Shown one piece after another: positions 12,159 to 25,129 of a stretch of 64,000 bases of DNA. Location: NCBI RefSeq assembly GCF_001447785.1, contig NW_015174273.1, positions 2,081,204 to 2,145,203 of the forward strand, written 5' to 3'. Under the pieces are notes generated by a model. That model saw nothing but the letters and a program-made list of their open reading frames with translations, did no database searches and had not been told where the DNA came from. How positions within the stretch are numbered: the first letter of the stretch is position 1; each line of letters starts with the position of its first letter. This DNA comes from Gekko japonicus (taxonomy: Eukaryota). The translations under genes and the position numbers were made by a program.

Positions 12159-12574
12159 ATCTCAGGGACCCTTATTTTGCACCTCAGCCGACTTTCTCCT
12201 ACACGAAGTGTTCATTCACATTTGCCTGTATTTTGGCTTGTACTGAGGTGCATAAAGGGAAGGCTCTACCAAAGCTTCTGCTGTGTTGTCCTTCTATTGG
12301 GCTTTGGGAATGCAGGAGTTAAGGAGCCCTTCCCTATGCCTCTACTCCTACAGAATTGAGAACCTCTTAAAAATCAGATGCCATAAAAGTCAAAACTGTG
12401 CTCCGTATTCTGCACACAGAATATATTATGCGAATTAACTTATTTATATTAAATTTGCATAAACTTTAGTCCAAAATTCAGTCCTGCCCTGGCTCCTGAG
12501 AAATTAGAACCTGAAGACACAGGAAGCCATAACAGAGGGGAAAGAAAAAAACGGAGGTAGTGGTGAATATTAGA

Positions 12575-12626
12575 TATCCAGCTTTCTGCATGCAAAATAG
12601 ATGCTCTGCCACTGAGTCACAGCCCA
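12575..12626 (-). mobile_element. tRNA-derived SINE head fragment (Squam2-like)
   Basis: Reverse complement gggctgtgactcagtggcagagcatctattttgcatgcagaaag, the same head as 40674-40874. Confidence 0.55.
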
Positions 12627-13317
12627 CCCACACAGTGTACTAATTTGCCCCACCTATAGGTTATGATGAAATCAGGGCTTTTCCACACATTTCTTTGAAG
12701 CCCCTCTTGGAAATATGCCAGGCATACCCTAGAATAACCACTCCTGCTAGCGATTAGTTTGAACAGGGGCTGCCGCTGCCAGGCCTTGACAATTTGATTG
12801 AATGATTCAGACCTAGAATGAGATCCCACACAGTCTTTCCCTCTGAATCACCACAGTTACCCCGGCATATCTCCAGCTAGCCAGGGGCAGGGACTGCAGG
12901 GTCTGTATATGTGTGGAGTATTGTTCAGGGCAGGCAAGTTAGTATCCTAGTGGCCATGCCTGTATTCCATGCCTACTCACTGCAAAGGTGCAAGAGACAA
13001 TATAGCTAAGATTGTACCTTCAGGTGGTAGTCTGCTACTCTTAGCTTGGTTGTTGGTTCACAACCCGATTCACGCATATCACAATCTGTACTCCTGTCAC
13101 ACTAAAAATCTATTGAAATATATGGCACTTACTATCCTGACATTGAAAAACTTTCATGTTATTTTGTACTTGTTGTAAGACTTTTAAAGAATACATACTT
13201 TTATGTAAGAATGAATGAATCACTGTAAAGAAAAGATCCTAGGGGGAAAAACACTTAAAAGTGACAAAATGGCATCTTGTAGATGATGGAGCAGGCAGAA
13301 GAAAGCTCACGGGCCTT

Positions 13318-13545
13318 TTGTTGTTGTTCAGTCGCACAGTCGAGTCCGACTCTTCGCGACCCCATGGACCAGCTCCTGCCAGGCCCTCCTGTCTTCCGCT
13401 GTCCTGTGAAGTTTGCTCAATTTCATGTTCGTTGCATCTATGACACTGTCTAACCATCTCATCCTTTGCCGTCCTCGTCTTCTTTGACCTTCAATCTTTC
13501 CCAGCATCAGGGTCTTCTCCAGTGAGTGCTCCCTTCTCATTTGGT
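13318..13545 (-). mobile_element. BovB (RTE) LINE 3' stub
   Basis: Encodes MRREHSLEKTLMLGKIEGQRRRGRQRMRWLD, has a (CAA)n tail, and TSD acgggcctt (13309-13317 / 13559-13567). Confidence 0.93.
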
Positions 13546-13578
13546 TTCTAAGGCCAAAACGGGCCTTAGAAAAGCTTA

Positions 13579-13927
13579 AAGTAAAGGTAAAGGTTCCCTT
13601 GCTCGAAAGCCAGTCGATTCCGACTCTAGGGTTGCGGTGCTCATCTCCGTTTCAAAGCCGAAGAGCCAGCGCTGTCTGAAGACGTTTCCGTGGTCATGTG
13701 GCCGGCATGACTAAACACCAAGGTGCACGGAACGCTGTTACCTTCCCACTGGAGTGGTACCTATTTATCTACTTGCAATTTCTTGCTTTCGAACTGCTAG
13801 GTTGGCAGGAGCTGGAACTAGAGACGGGAGCTCACTCCGTCATGCGGCACCCGGGTCTCGAACTGCTGAATTACCGACCTTCCACAGCCTGCAGTTCAGC
13901 GTCTTAACCACTTGAGCCACCGCAGCT
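13579..13927 (-). mobile_element. Sauria SINE (Squam1), full length
   Basis: Near-identical reverse complement of 11813-12158, with TSD cttagaaaagctta (13565-13578 / 13928-13941). Confidence 0.92.
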
Positions 13928-15992
13928 CTTAGAAAAGCTTAGCGATCATCTAATCTCCAAAAAGGCCTAGCTCTTTTGGGGTTGTTTTATGTGGTACACA
14001 AACAGGGCAACTCTTCTAAAATTTGTCTGTAGCTGTGTTTGCAATTCAAATCGTAGTCAACAGAAAAACATATTCGATTTCTACCTTTTTATGAGTACTG
14101 TCTGTATCTGGACAGGATCATATGCCAGCCTTTTAAAATAAATCCACAAAATGTTTTCGAGCCCATCTATCCATATATGTTAACCATTTGTACAATAACA
14201 ACCAACTAAGAGAATAAAAGAATGAACTCTTTCAGTTTACAAAAGCTTCCTGGCCTGGCCACCTCAAGGTAATTCTTACGGTCCACAGGTGAACAGGCTT
14301 ACCCTGTCCCCCCCCTCACACCTATCTTTTTTAAAAAACTCTGTGTATTTCCCCATCTCAGTCCCCGCAGAGTTATAGATCAGTTTAGCTGATTTTGTTC
14401 TGAATTGCTTTTGCTTTGCTAACATCAATCTGGTACTGAACAGAATACAGCAAGGCAGAGGCCATCTTGCTAGTGACATAATGCAGAAACTACTTCCAGA
14501 GACTATGATTGACTGCAACTTCAGACCCACATATTCAGTTTAAAGCACAACTCCATCTTTGAGTTGTACACTGTAAAATCACCACTAATTCACAACACTG
14601 ACATTTAGTGCAGCCAGCAACCATTATCAAATGGGGTTAAATCCATGAGATTTTTTTTTTAAAACATACATGTTATGAGAGGGCGTTATAATTTGATTTT
14701 AGGGCAGTGAATGTTTAGGAAGATTTTTTTTTAATTACACGAAATTCCAAAGCACTGGATGTGCTTGCTTGTCTGGAAAGTATTGCTACTCAATACAGGC
14801 CCCAAGCAGACAAGTGTTATATTACAAGAGTTGCATTGGATTGCATGTCTCTGACTCCACAGACAATCAGGTTCGGTGGTAAAGAAAATGGAATCATGCA
14901 TCTCATTGGAAGCACCACTATGGTAACCTGGCTTATTTAAAAAAGCCCAGGTTTAAACCTAGACTTTTTAAAGATTCACTTTGTTTTAAGCTAACATGAC
15001 AACACTAGGATTTATTCAAGATTTTCCCCAGGTTAAACGTAGGCTGTAGCCAACACTTGAGCAGAAAAGCGATTTGTTATCAATGAGACTTAAGTCTGAT
15101 AAAGGCCTTTATAGATGTTGCCTATGACCCTCATTAGAGACAGCAGTTTTCCATTGAAGAGGACTGCTTTTCATGCACACACAATCTTTCTAAACAAAAG
15201 CATTTTTTTAAAAAGAACCCTCTTGAGAGGAACATTAATCTCAGTTGGCCAACCGGACCTAAACCTGCTTAGGTTTTAAAATTAACACAATTAGTCTTAT
15301 TCTCACCACAAAGGCTGTCAAATTTTAAATATCGCAGCTACTTCCCCTTAAATTAAATCTATTATATTTCCTAACAGGATTCCTCAACAGGCCAGTAAAT
15401 TCTGGGGTACAACAAAATCCGAGGAGATGAAGGCTGCTGTACCACACATTATGTTATACCGAGGTCTCCACTGTGGTGCCCACGAGAGCCGTGGTGCCCA
15501 TGTGACACCTTTTTGGCTGCTCACCAAGGGTTTTCATAAAGTGGATGAGGTATGGGGACACTGTTCCTAGCAACACACATTGCATGGATTTTATAGAAGA
15601 TGGTTTAATATTACACAAATTAGATGTCTTAGATAAACCAAGGTCACCAAAAATAAGGAGATGCTGGTTTTTTTAAAACAACAACAACAACAACAACACA
15701 ATTAAACATGCTCATAGTACACCAAGAGAACTCTGGTTCCTCAAGTCATCCCAATCTAGTACTTGGATTGTGAGCCCCTTGGGGTCACAGAGACAGATAA
15801 TGATGAAATTGCTAAAAAACCAAACATGAGCTCATGAAACAAGGAGGGATATAAACACAATAAAGTTTCTATTACGAGCACATTCCATTCAATGGTTTAG
15901 CTTAGATACCTTCATACCATGGCTGGGTGCTGGAGAAAGTGCCTAGAACAACATGTACAGTTCAATCTTAAACAGTATTACACCCTTATAAG

Positions 15993-16196
15993 CAGGGTTG
16001 CCAACTCTGGGTTGGGAAAAACCTGGTGATTTGGTAGTAGAGCCTGGGGAGGGTGGAATTTGGGGAGGGGATGGACCTTAGCAGGTTATAGTGCCACAGA
16101 GTCCACCCTGCAACATAGCCATTTCCTCCAGGCGAACTGATATGTGTTGTCTAGAGATCAGCTGTAATTCTGGGAGCTCTCCAGGCCCCACCTGGA
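15993..16196. mobile_element. hAT-type MITE (TAGGGTTGCCA TIR family), split by a SINE
   Basis: Begins cagggttgccaactctgg and resembles the reverse complement of 37287-37490. A residual gcaac follows the SINE at ~16438. Confidence 0.65.
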
Positions 16197-16437
16197 GTAG
16201 TAGTAGTACTTGTTTTTATATACCACTTTTCTCTACCCTATGGAGTCTCAAAGAGGCTTACAATTGCCTTCCCTTCCCCACAACAGTCACTTTGTGAGAT
16301 ACGTGGGGCTGAGAGAGTTCAGAGAGAACTGTGACTGGCCCAAGGTCACCCAGCAGGCTTCATGTGGAGGAGTGGTGGTGGTGGGATTAAACCTGGTTCC
16401 CAAGATTAGAGTCCACCGCTCTTAACCACTACACCAT
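16197..16437 (-). mobile_element. Squam3-like tRNA-derived SINE
   Basis: Minus-strand head tggtgtagtggttaagagcggtggactctaatct, core gctgggtgaccttgggccagtcac, and simple-repeat tail. Confidence 0.8.
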
Positions 16438-16519
16438 GCAACTATTTACTCAGATGCTTAAAGGAAGGATGAGGAATAAGCATGTACTCATTCAATTAGT
16501 GCCAAACAATGATTTGGCG

Positions 16520-16730
16520 AGCAAGCTTAAGCAGGTCTACTCAGAATCCTACTTAGGTCTATTCAACAGGGCTTAATCCCGGGAAAGTGTTTTTAGGATT
16601 GCATGGATAGTGTTATGTCTAAACCAGTTAATGAAAAACTAACAGTGACATCCTAAGAAGATCTTCCTGGGAGTAAGCCCCACTGAATATACTTGAGTAG
16701 GATTCTGAGTTGATCTGCTTAGGATTGTTC
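16520..16730. mobile_element. Two degenerate short palindromic MITEs (ACAGTGCAATCCTAAG...CTTAGGATTG family)
   Basis: acagtgacatcctaag...cttaggattgt. Related copies at ~5755-5840, ~52640-52780, ~55402-55475 and ~58985-59030. Confidence 0.5.
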
Positions 16731-17533
16731 TCTTTTCCATTTTAGCAAAATACCAGTTCATAAGATTTTACTGGAAAAAGTGCCAATAACTAGTATAAAT
16801 CCAGTACCTGATGAATCTTATATGAATTGTCACATTAGATTTTCTTAGTGGAGTAAAAACTAGAAGCTCTGAGTTTAGCAATATATCTAAAAAAGGCTGG
16901 AAATCTCTGTTCTTTTAAGGATTAGGCTTCCAAAGATTGCACATGCAGAAATGGCAGAGCAAGATAGCGGCTCCAGGCTTTTATAGTTCAAAAATATCCC
17001 AGTTCCTAAATTCAAACCACGTCCCACTGACATGAGTGGCAAGACTCCCATTATTTTAATGGCTCTAGATTACACCCTAAATACAGAAATATAATCAAGT
17101 GTTTTAAGAGTTAGTTTGAATCTAGATCTAATGGATGATGCTAAATACTTCTAAGAGTCTAGTAGTAGCTTTTTAATAATTTGCACTACCTTGCAAGAAA
17201 GGCTTCATTATATTTTTTAATTTTAGCAGCATTCTGTAATTAGGCACATATATCATGCCTATTCCTCCAGTCTCTGTCTTTTAACTCATTAACCATAAAG
17301 CCATTAAGCTAATGTGTCAGTTACTTCCACCTAATCCAGCTGTTCTGCATTCACTGCTTCATTATACAGTTTGTAAAAAGTAGTTTTAAAAAGACAGATG
17401 TACTGTCAGTTGTACTGTTTGGTGCAGCTTCAGCCATACATGTACGCAGAGGGGTGTGTGTGTTTGAACGCACGCACACCAGTTGGTATTCAGATCCCTC
17501 TGCTTAGAAACAGCATGGCCAGAGTATAACACT

Positions 17534-17600
17534 TGTAAGCCGCCCTGAGCCCACTCGCGGGGAGGGCGGGGGAAAAATACTAATAAAATAAATAAATAAA
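17534..17600 (+). mobile_element. L2-type 3'-terminal stub with (TAAA)n tail
   Basis: tgtaagccgccctgagcccactcgcggggagggcgggg...aataaaataaataaataaa, with CpGs retained. Confidence 0.65.
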
Positions 17601-19811
17601 CAAAACATCCAAGAATGCTGACACATCTTCATGCCTTGCACATGGCAATCATAGCATCATTTCTCATTTCATCCAAGTGGCCAAGAGAATGCCCATATCA
17701 CTGTTGCCAGCATTTCACTGAAACACATTCAGATAGCTAAAAGAGAAAATAGGTTCCTTGCCTTTGTTTCCTTTTTAAGCCATGTCAGTTTGATGCACAG
17801 CTATATATAGTTTCTTTAAAACTTTATTACAAATGCATTCAGAATGCTGTCCGCCACATTTTCTCCACATCTAAATTCTTGATATATATAAATCTACAGT
17901 CTGGTATAGGGGCAAATACTGCAGAGTGAACGGAATCAATAGGAAACTGGCAGCTCTCCTCCTCCCGTACCCTGACAGTCACATTACTCAGAGACTGGTT
18001 TATTATATAGGAGAAGGAGGGAGCTTGGGTGGGGGAGCCAGGAAGGTTACAGGCAGCTGGGAAAATCTGCTTGCAGCAAATAAGACAATTCCGCTCATGC
18101 TGGTGCTCTCTGTGGTACAGCACACCATTGTCTAGCTTTTTCTGAAGTTATACACATTGGTGCAAACCAGCAGTAAGACAACAGTTTTTTGATCATTGTG
18201 CAATGAAAAAGGGTAAACAACAATGAACATGGCTGTGGTTTTGAAAATGATACATTATTGCATGTCTTAAGTCCGCTCTGAACTCCATCCAGAGTGTCGC
18301 CTGTTTTATCATTTTCATTTTGCTTCGCATTAACATTTTATTTTATTCTAAATTAGATTACGTAAACCAAATCCAAGATGGGACATTGTAGGAAGATTGA
18401 CAAATATAGGGTACAACTCAAAGCTGGTCACATATACCTATGTGCTTTGGATAATTCAAGTGTTTCGCCGTTTTTATCAAAGAGAAAAGGCCATCATTAT
18501 CGTCTGCAAAATTTCTGAACAGTTTTCAACATTTTTTTCATCATATACGGGAAATGCTGCACCATTTCTCTTATTATGTAATACAGTGTTATTGCATTGT
18601 TGATTGTATTACACTGCTTTTATTGCACTGTTTTTAATTCCGTAATCCTTCTTTAGTCTCAGTGAGAAAGGTGGACTCTACATGAAGCAAATAAATAATT
18701 TCCAGATAATATTGGTAATACAGGTGAAATTTGTTATGTGAACATACATTGCATCTTTTGCATTCCGTACTATCAAATGGCCTTAAAGCTCACTTTTTGG
18801 AATAAAGACTATTCTTTATGGGAACAGAATAACACACCACTTCATTTTGCTGTGTCATGAATGGAAAGAGACCAAAACTTTGACAGTTTCCTAACATTCA
18901 TTCATTCATCCTCGGCAATCAGCAACAGGAGTAGCTTCTCCCTTTAGCTGAAATGTTGAAGAACACAACAGAGAGACTCTCAGACTTTGCAATCTATGGA
19001 ACTCTGTTCTGTTTTCAAAAATTTCATGGATCATAAAGTCATCTCCTTCCCCCTCACCAGCCCATGCTGGACAGCCTCATTTCATTAGCTGATTCTGTTG
19101 GGCTGCAAATCAGATTCTAGTCAATCTCACCCTTTGATTGGAAGAAACTCTGCACCAGAGACAGAAATGAACTTAATAACTTCTAGACAGAACCCAGCAA
19201 ATGGGAAGGAACCTATGCTGCTCATAGAAATGGGGAGGGGGGGGAAGTGTCATGTACAACCTGAACTTCCAGTATTCAGTCAAAAACTACCACTTGCTAT
19301 TAGTGTATATGGATGTAGAAAGACATCTGTCTCATGGTGAAATCCTTGCACTGGAAAACAGAGCAAAAACCAGTTCAATTTTATACTGGAAATAACTATA
19401 ATGAAGGTATTAGGCGTTGTACTCCTTGGTGCCAAATCAATCAGCCAATTAAGAGTACCCAGGGCTGAGCTATTGGTTCTTAGCATCTAATCGGCATGTT
19501 TTCTGGCAAGAGATCTGAGGAGATCTGGAAACTAGGTGGCTGAAGGTGGCAGCAGCTCTCAGGGGAAAACCAATTCCATTTCCTTCCTCTGACGTGGAAA
19601 GTCCCTGCCCTCATTCCTAGCAAACTGAGAGGATTCCATTTCCATGTTAACTAGATATATGCAATATGAGCTTACCTGCTGTCCTTACTTGCACACTCCC
19701 TTACAGTCTCAGATACACTGCACTAGAGATTTACAGTGCCTTGGTACTAACCTTACAGATTTCACAGTTTATCTGGTAGCGAACAAGCACTCACACAGGC
19801 ACAGTAACTTT

Positions 19812-22329
19812 TGTTGTTGTTGTTGTTGTTCAGTCGCACAGTCGAGTCCGACTCTTCGCGATCCCATGGACCATCTCCCGCCAGGACTTCCTGTCTTCCG
19901 CCGTCTTCTGAAGTTGGCTCAATTTCATGTTCGTTGCATCGATGACACTGTCTAACCATCTCATCCTTTGCCGTCCCCGTCTTCTTTGACCTTCAATCTT
20001 TCCCAGCATCAGGGTCTTCTCCAGTGAGTGCTCCCTTCTCATTTGGTGGCCAAAGTATTTGAGCTTCAGTTTCATTATCTGGCCTTCCAGGGAACAGTCA
20101 GGGTTGATTTCTTTTAGGATTGACTGATTTGATCTTTTTGCAGTCCAAGGGACTCTCAAGAGTCTTCTCCAGCACCATAGTTCAAAAGAATCTATTCTTC
20201 GGCGCTCAGCCTTCCTTATAGTCCAACTCTCGCAGCCATACATGACTACTGTGAATACCATTGCTTTGACCATGCGGACTTTTGTTTATCATGCTGTTTA
20301 GGTTCGCCATCGCTTTCCTCCCAAGGAGCAGGCGTCTTTTAATTTCATGGCTGCAGTCACAGTCTGCGGTGATCTGGGATCCCAGGAACGTGAAGTCTGT
20401 CACTACTTCCACGACTTCCCCTTCTATTTGCCAAGGAGTGATGGGGCCGGATGCCATGATCTTAGTTTTTTTGATGTTGAGCTTCAAGCCCACTTTTGCA
20501 CTCTCCTCTTTTACTCTGAGCAAGAGGCTCTTAAGGTCCTCTTCACTTTCTGCCATTGCCATAGTTTGTTGTGATCCACACAGTCAAAGGCTTTAGCATA
20601 GTCAATGAAGCAGAAGTAGATATTTTTCTGGTACTCTCTTGCTTTCTCCATAATCCAGCGAATGTTGGCAATATGATCTCTCGTTCCTCTACCTCTTCGA
20701 AACCCAGCTTGTACTTCTGGTAGTTCTCTATCCACGTACTGTTGAAGCCTAGCTTGTAGGATCTTGAGCATGACCTTGCTAGCGTGTGATATGAGTGCAA
20801 TTGTGCGATAGTTTGAACATTCCTTGGCGTTGCCCTTCTTTGGGATTGGAATGTATACTGATCTTTTCCAATCCTGTGGCCACTGTTGCGTTTTCCAAAT
20901 TTGCTGGCAAATGGAGTGCAGCACTTTAACAGCATCATCTTCTAAGACTTTGAATAGCTCAGCTGGAATACCATCACCTCCACTAGCTTTGTTGTTAGCA
21001 ATGCTTTCTAAGGCCCATTTAACTTCACATTCCAGGATGTCTGGCTCAAGGTCAGTGATTATACCGTCGTGTTTGTCAAGGACATTGAGGTCTTTCTTGT
21101 ATAGTTCTTCTGTGTATTCTTGCCATCTTTTCCTAATCTCTTCTGCTTCTGTTAGGTCCCTACCGTTTTTGTCCTTTATCATGGCCAGCTTTGCATGGAA
21201 CGCTCCCTTGATTTCTCCAATTTTCTTGAAGAGATCTCTAGTCCTTCCCATTCTATTGTTTTCTTCTATTACTTTGCACTGTTCATTCAGGAAGGCCTCC
21301 TTATCTCTCCTTGCTGTTCTCTGGAAATCTGCGTTCAGTTGGGTAAATCTTTCCTTTTCGCCTTTGCCTTTCGCTTTCCTTCTTTCCTCTGCTATTTGTA
21401 AAGCCTCATCAGAAAGCCACTTTGCTTTCTTACATTTCTTTTTCTTTGGGATGGTGGTGATTGCTGCCTCCTGTACGATGTCACGAACCTCTGTCCATAG
21501 TTCTTCAGGCACTCTATCTATCAAATCCAGACCCTTGAATCTATTCTTCACCTCTACTGTATATTCATCAGGGATGCGATCTAGGTCAAACCTGAATGGC
21601 CTCGTGGTTTTCCCGATTTTCTTCAGTTTAAGTCTGAATTTTGCAATGAGTAGCTCATGATCTGAACCACAGTCAGCTCCAGGTCTTGTTTTTACTGACT
21701 AGATAGAGCTTCTCCATCTTTGACTGCAAATTATATAGTCAATCTGATTTCGGTGTTGCCCATCTGGTGATGTCCATGTGTAGAGTCGCCTCCTAGGTTG
21801 TTGGAAAAGGGTGTTCGCTATGACCAGTGTGTTCTCTTGACAAAACTCTGTTAACCTTTGCCCTGCTTCATTTTGCTTTCCAAACTTGTCTGTTATTCCG
21901 GTTACCTTTTGACTTCCTACTTTAGCATTCCAGTCCCCTATGATGATGAGGACATCATTTTTTGGTGTTAGTTCTAGGAGGTGTTGTAGGTCTTCATAGA
22001 ACCGGTCCACTTCAGCTTCTTCTGCATCAGTGGTTGGGGCATAGACTTGGATTACTGTGATGTTGAATGGTTTGCCTTGGAATCGGACAGAAATCATTCT
22101 GTCATTTTTGAGATTGTATCCCAGTACTGACTTTTGCACTCTCTTGTTGACTATAAAGGCCACACCATTTTTTCTACGAGATTCCTGGCCACAGTAGTAG
22201 ATATAATGGTCTTCTGAGTTAAATTCGCCCATTCCTGTCCACTTTAGTTCACTGATTCCTAGGATATCGATGTTCAGTCTTGCCATCTCATTTTTGACCA
22301 CGTCAAGCTTACCTTGATTCATAGATCTT
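19812..22329 (-). mobile_element. BovB (RTE) LINE, 5'-truncated, APE plus RT, with internal deletions and a stop
   Basis: ORFs 21699-22673, 20511-21551, 20206-20562 and 19830-20273 are consecutive BovB segments (endonuclease GDWNAKVG/NQIDYI; RT). It has a (CAA)n tail and an 11-bp TSD acagtaacttt (19801-19811 / 22330-22340). A deletion near 20560 removes the YADD region. Confidence 0.97.
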
Positions 22330-24920
22330 ACAGTAACTTTAGCTCCCCAAATAAGCAGCCACATCTCTGAAACTGAAAAACTGATTCTGCTAGCCAGCTC
22401 TGTTACACCTCTTGTGTTCGTGGTAGGCATATATTTCCCTTCGAGTGAAATCCAAAACTGGCCTTTCAGCCTCTTCCCAGACAGGTAGATGTGAAATGAG
22501 GGGTTTTTTTGGATAAAAGGCATCTTAATGGCTCCTACGTGACGAGGCCCAGGGTAGCTTTCATAGTAGGGCAGCATGTTCCTATTAGTCAATGGGACAT
22601 TGCTGACGCTTGTAAGAAAAAGGTATTCAGCTGGAAGCTGGAAAAAGAGGTAAAATGTGGAGGGCTGGACCACTCCATATGGGAAACGATTCTCTCCTAA
22701 GTTGCGTTTTAAATTTATGTTTTATACTTACAATACTGCAAACAATTCCAATGTAGCTGTGATTAAACATCAATTTGAGAGCTGAGAGGAAAGCTCAACT
22801 GCCTCTTTTCTCCCCCATTCACTACAATAAGCTTCAAATTACGCTGCGCAATGTATCAGCAAAACAGAAATAGAAACACCACCAGGTTATTTTAGGGCAT
22901 CATGCTGCTGGACCAGAGTGCCCTCCAGAAGTTCAATGGCAAGGAGAAAAAAAACCTTTAATGAACACAGGGGAGGAAAAAAAATCATCCTTTAACTAAT
23001 CCCGTTTAACAAGCACCAATATTACACCCCAGTTACAGGGGTAGACACAGGCTAATTAAAAACATGCACCTAGGGTCTAATCAGGGGTAATAATTACTTG
23101 CAGCTGTTTCCACTACAGTCCCTTCTCCACCCCCCGCCCCCAATGCCCCAACCAGCATCTATCAGTACAGGAAGCCCAATACATTATTTATGTGGAGGCT
23201 GGGGTTAGAAAGCCTACAGATGCTGCTTTCCGCTGAAACGGTAAGTTATAGTGATTGGCAAAAGGAAGCTTTTGCTGTTGCATTAGGTGATGAGACAGAC
23301 CCAAAGCCTTGCCAAATAGAATAGCTAAGTAATAACAAATAATATTAGAAAAATGCAATTTTGTGGGGCTAACAGGCAGGGCTCCAATAGAGCCCAGTAG
23401 GCAATCTCAAATTATTCCTGTAGCAATTAACTGATTGTAATAGGCTTGCACATTTCCTTTGATCTATTAATGTGATTAAGTGCAAGGGTATTTATTCAGC
23501 GATTTCCAGAAGGCACGTGGTAATCTGGTGCCTGTATGAGAATGAGTAAAAGCAAGAATCTCTATATAAATATCTCTTACTTTTTTCAAAAAAAGGACTA
23601 CCTATGGTAGAAAGGTCAGCCATGGTCATTCCCTGGCATGCCAACAAAAGACCTTTCACTGCAGGTACATGTTTATCATGCTAGCATCAACATATGCCCT
23701 TCTCGTATTTCAGACTTTTTTTCAGTAAAGGAAGCCCACCCCCTATGTGCATAGAGAATTTTCCTCTGATCACACAGTACCCTCAAGGAAGGGGTGCCAC
23801 ATCAACGAAATCCTGAAGACATAGTTGGGGAACTCTTGCAGGGCATGCAAGAAACTTTCTAACGCCAATGCATTAACCTTAATTAATTGAAAATGATTCA
23901 GTACTCTTAGCGTTAAAAAAAAGCCCTGTTACATTGCAGTAATTTACAAAGAAGGTTGAGGAATTATACAAAGTCATTTCATCTCCTAAAGTAGTTTTTA
24001 AGAAAGCAAGCAGGCTTAGTTCTCAGGTTGTTCTTTTATCGTGTACTTTTTATACAGGCACTTATTAGCGGTGTACCATAATGACTGGTGGCATTTCCAC
24101 AGACTTAATAAGTAGCTCTTCTTCCTGTTGCCCATGTGAATCTGAGACTATAGCAGGAAGATGTGCAGCCTTCCACTCGAATGATGGCTCCATCTGTCCC
24201 ATGTGGCCATTGATTACCAGCAACCTCTGTAGCTAGAGTCTGACAGCTGACATATACTTTTCCTACAAAAGCCCTTTTACGAGAGAGAGAGAGCGCCTGA
24301 CTGATACAATTGTTTGCACTAATCCTATTAGGGAAAAGGCTGTTTGCTAACAAAGGAAATATATTCTATGGAACAAGAAAGCCAAGAATAACACCTTAAT
24401 TTATTTTATTATATATGTAAATTCACTCCTTTCCACCCTGCCAAGAATTCACACTTAACAATTCCAGAGGGGTAGCAAAGTGGGTACCTTATAGATTTAT
24501 TGTGGCATAACTGTTTGTGGACTAAAGCTGTTTCATCAAATTAAAGACTGTTCTAAACTGATAGATTAATTGATATATACATATTGTTTTAACACAAGTG
24601 CAGATATACATAACTATACATTCAAATATGGGTGCTGAAAAAAAAGACTGGAAACAGTGGGGCCAAGGAGCCATAAAATTCAAGAAATATGGTCAGTCTG
24701 TGAAAAAAACAAATGTATACAAAATAAGAATAGATGGGTGATATTAAACTAAAACGTTGATTGTATTTGTCCTAGTATTTTAAATGATCAGAAAATCCTT
24801 CTAATCTCATTGCTGTATAGGATGACAACCCATTTCATTATTAAATCGATGCCACATTCAAAGAACACGTGTAAAGTAAATATATCTTCAGCTATACCAA
24901 CCCTAGTTTTTATATGAAGA

Positions 24921-25129
24921 TAGATTCAGGTGGGTAGCCATGTTGGTCTGAAGGAGCAGAACAAAGTTTGAGTCTAGTGGCACCTTTAAGACCAACAAGG
25001 TTTTATTCCAGGTATGAGCTTTCATGTGCCCGCACATGTATCCAAAGAAGTGTGCGCGCACACAAAAGCTTATATCTAGAATAAAACTTTGTTGGTCTTA
25101 AAGATGCCACTGGACTCAAACTCTGTTCT
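24921..25129. mobile_element. Penelope-derived palindromic non-autonomous element
   Basis: Inverted arms 24958-25036 and 25051-25129 (gagtctagtggcacctttaagaccaac / gttggtcttaaagatgccactggactc). The Penelope assignment is from recall of sauropsid PLE termini. Confidence 0.65.

Noticed and set aside
20824-21660. Long antisense ORFs over BovB (also 27451-28080 and 48160-48552)
   Set aside because: Shadow frames of the LINE ORF.
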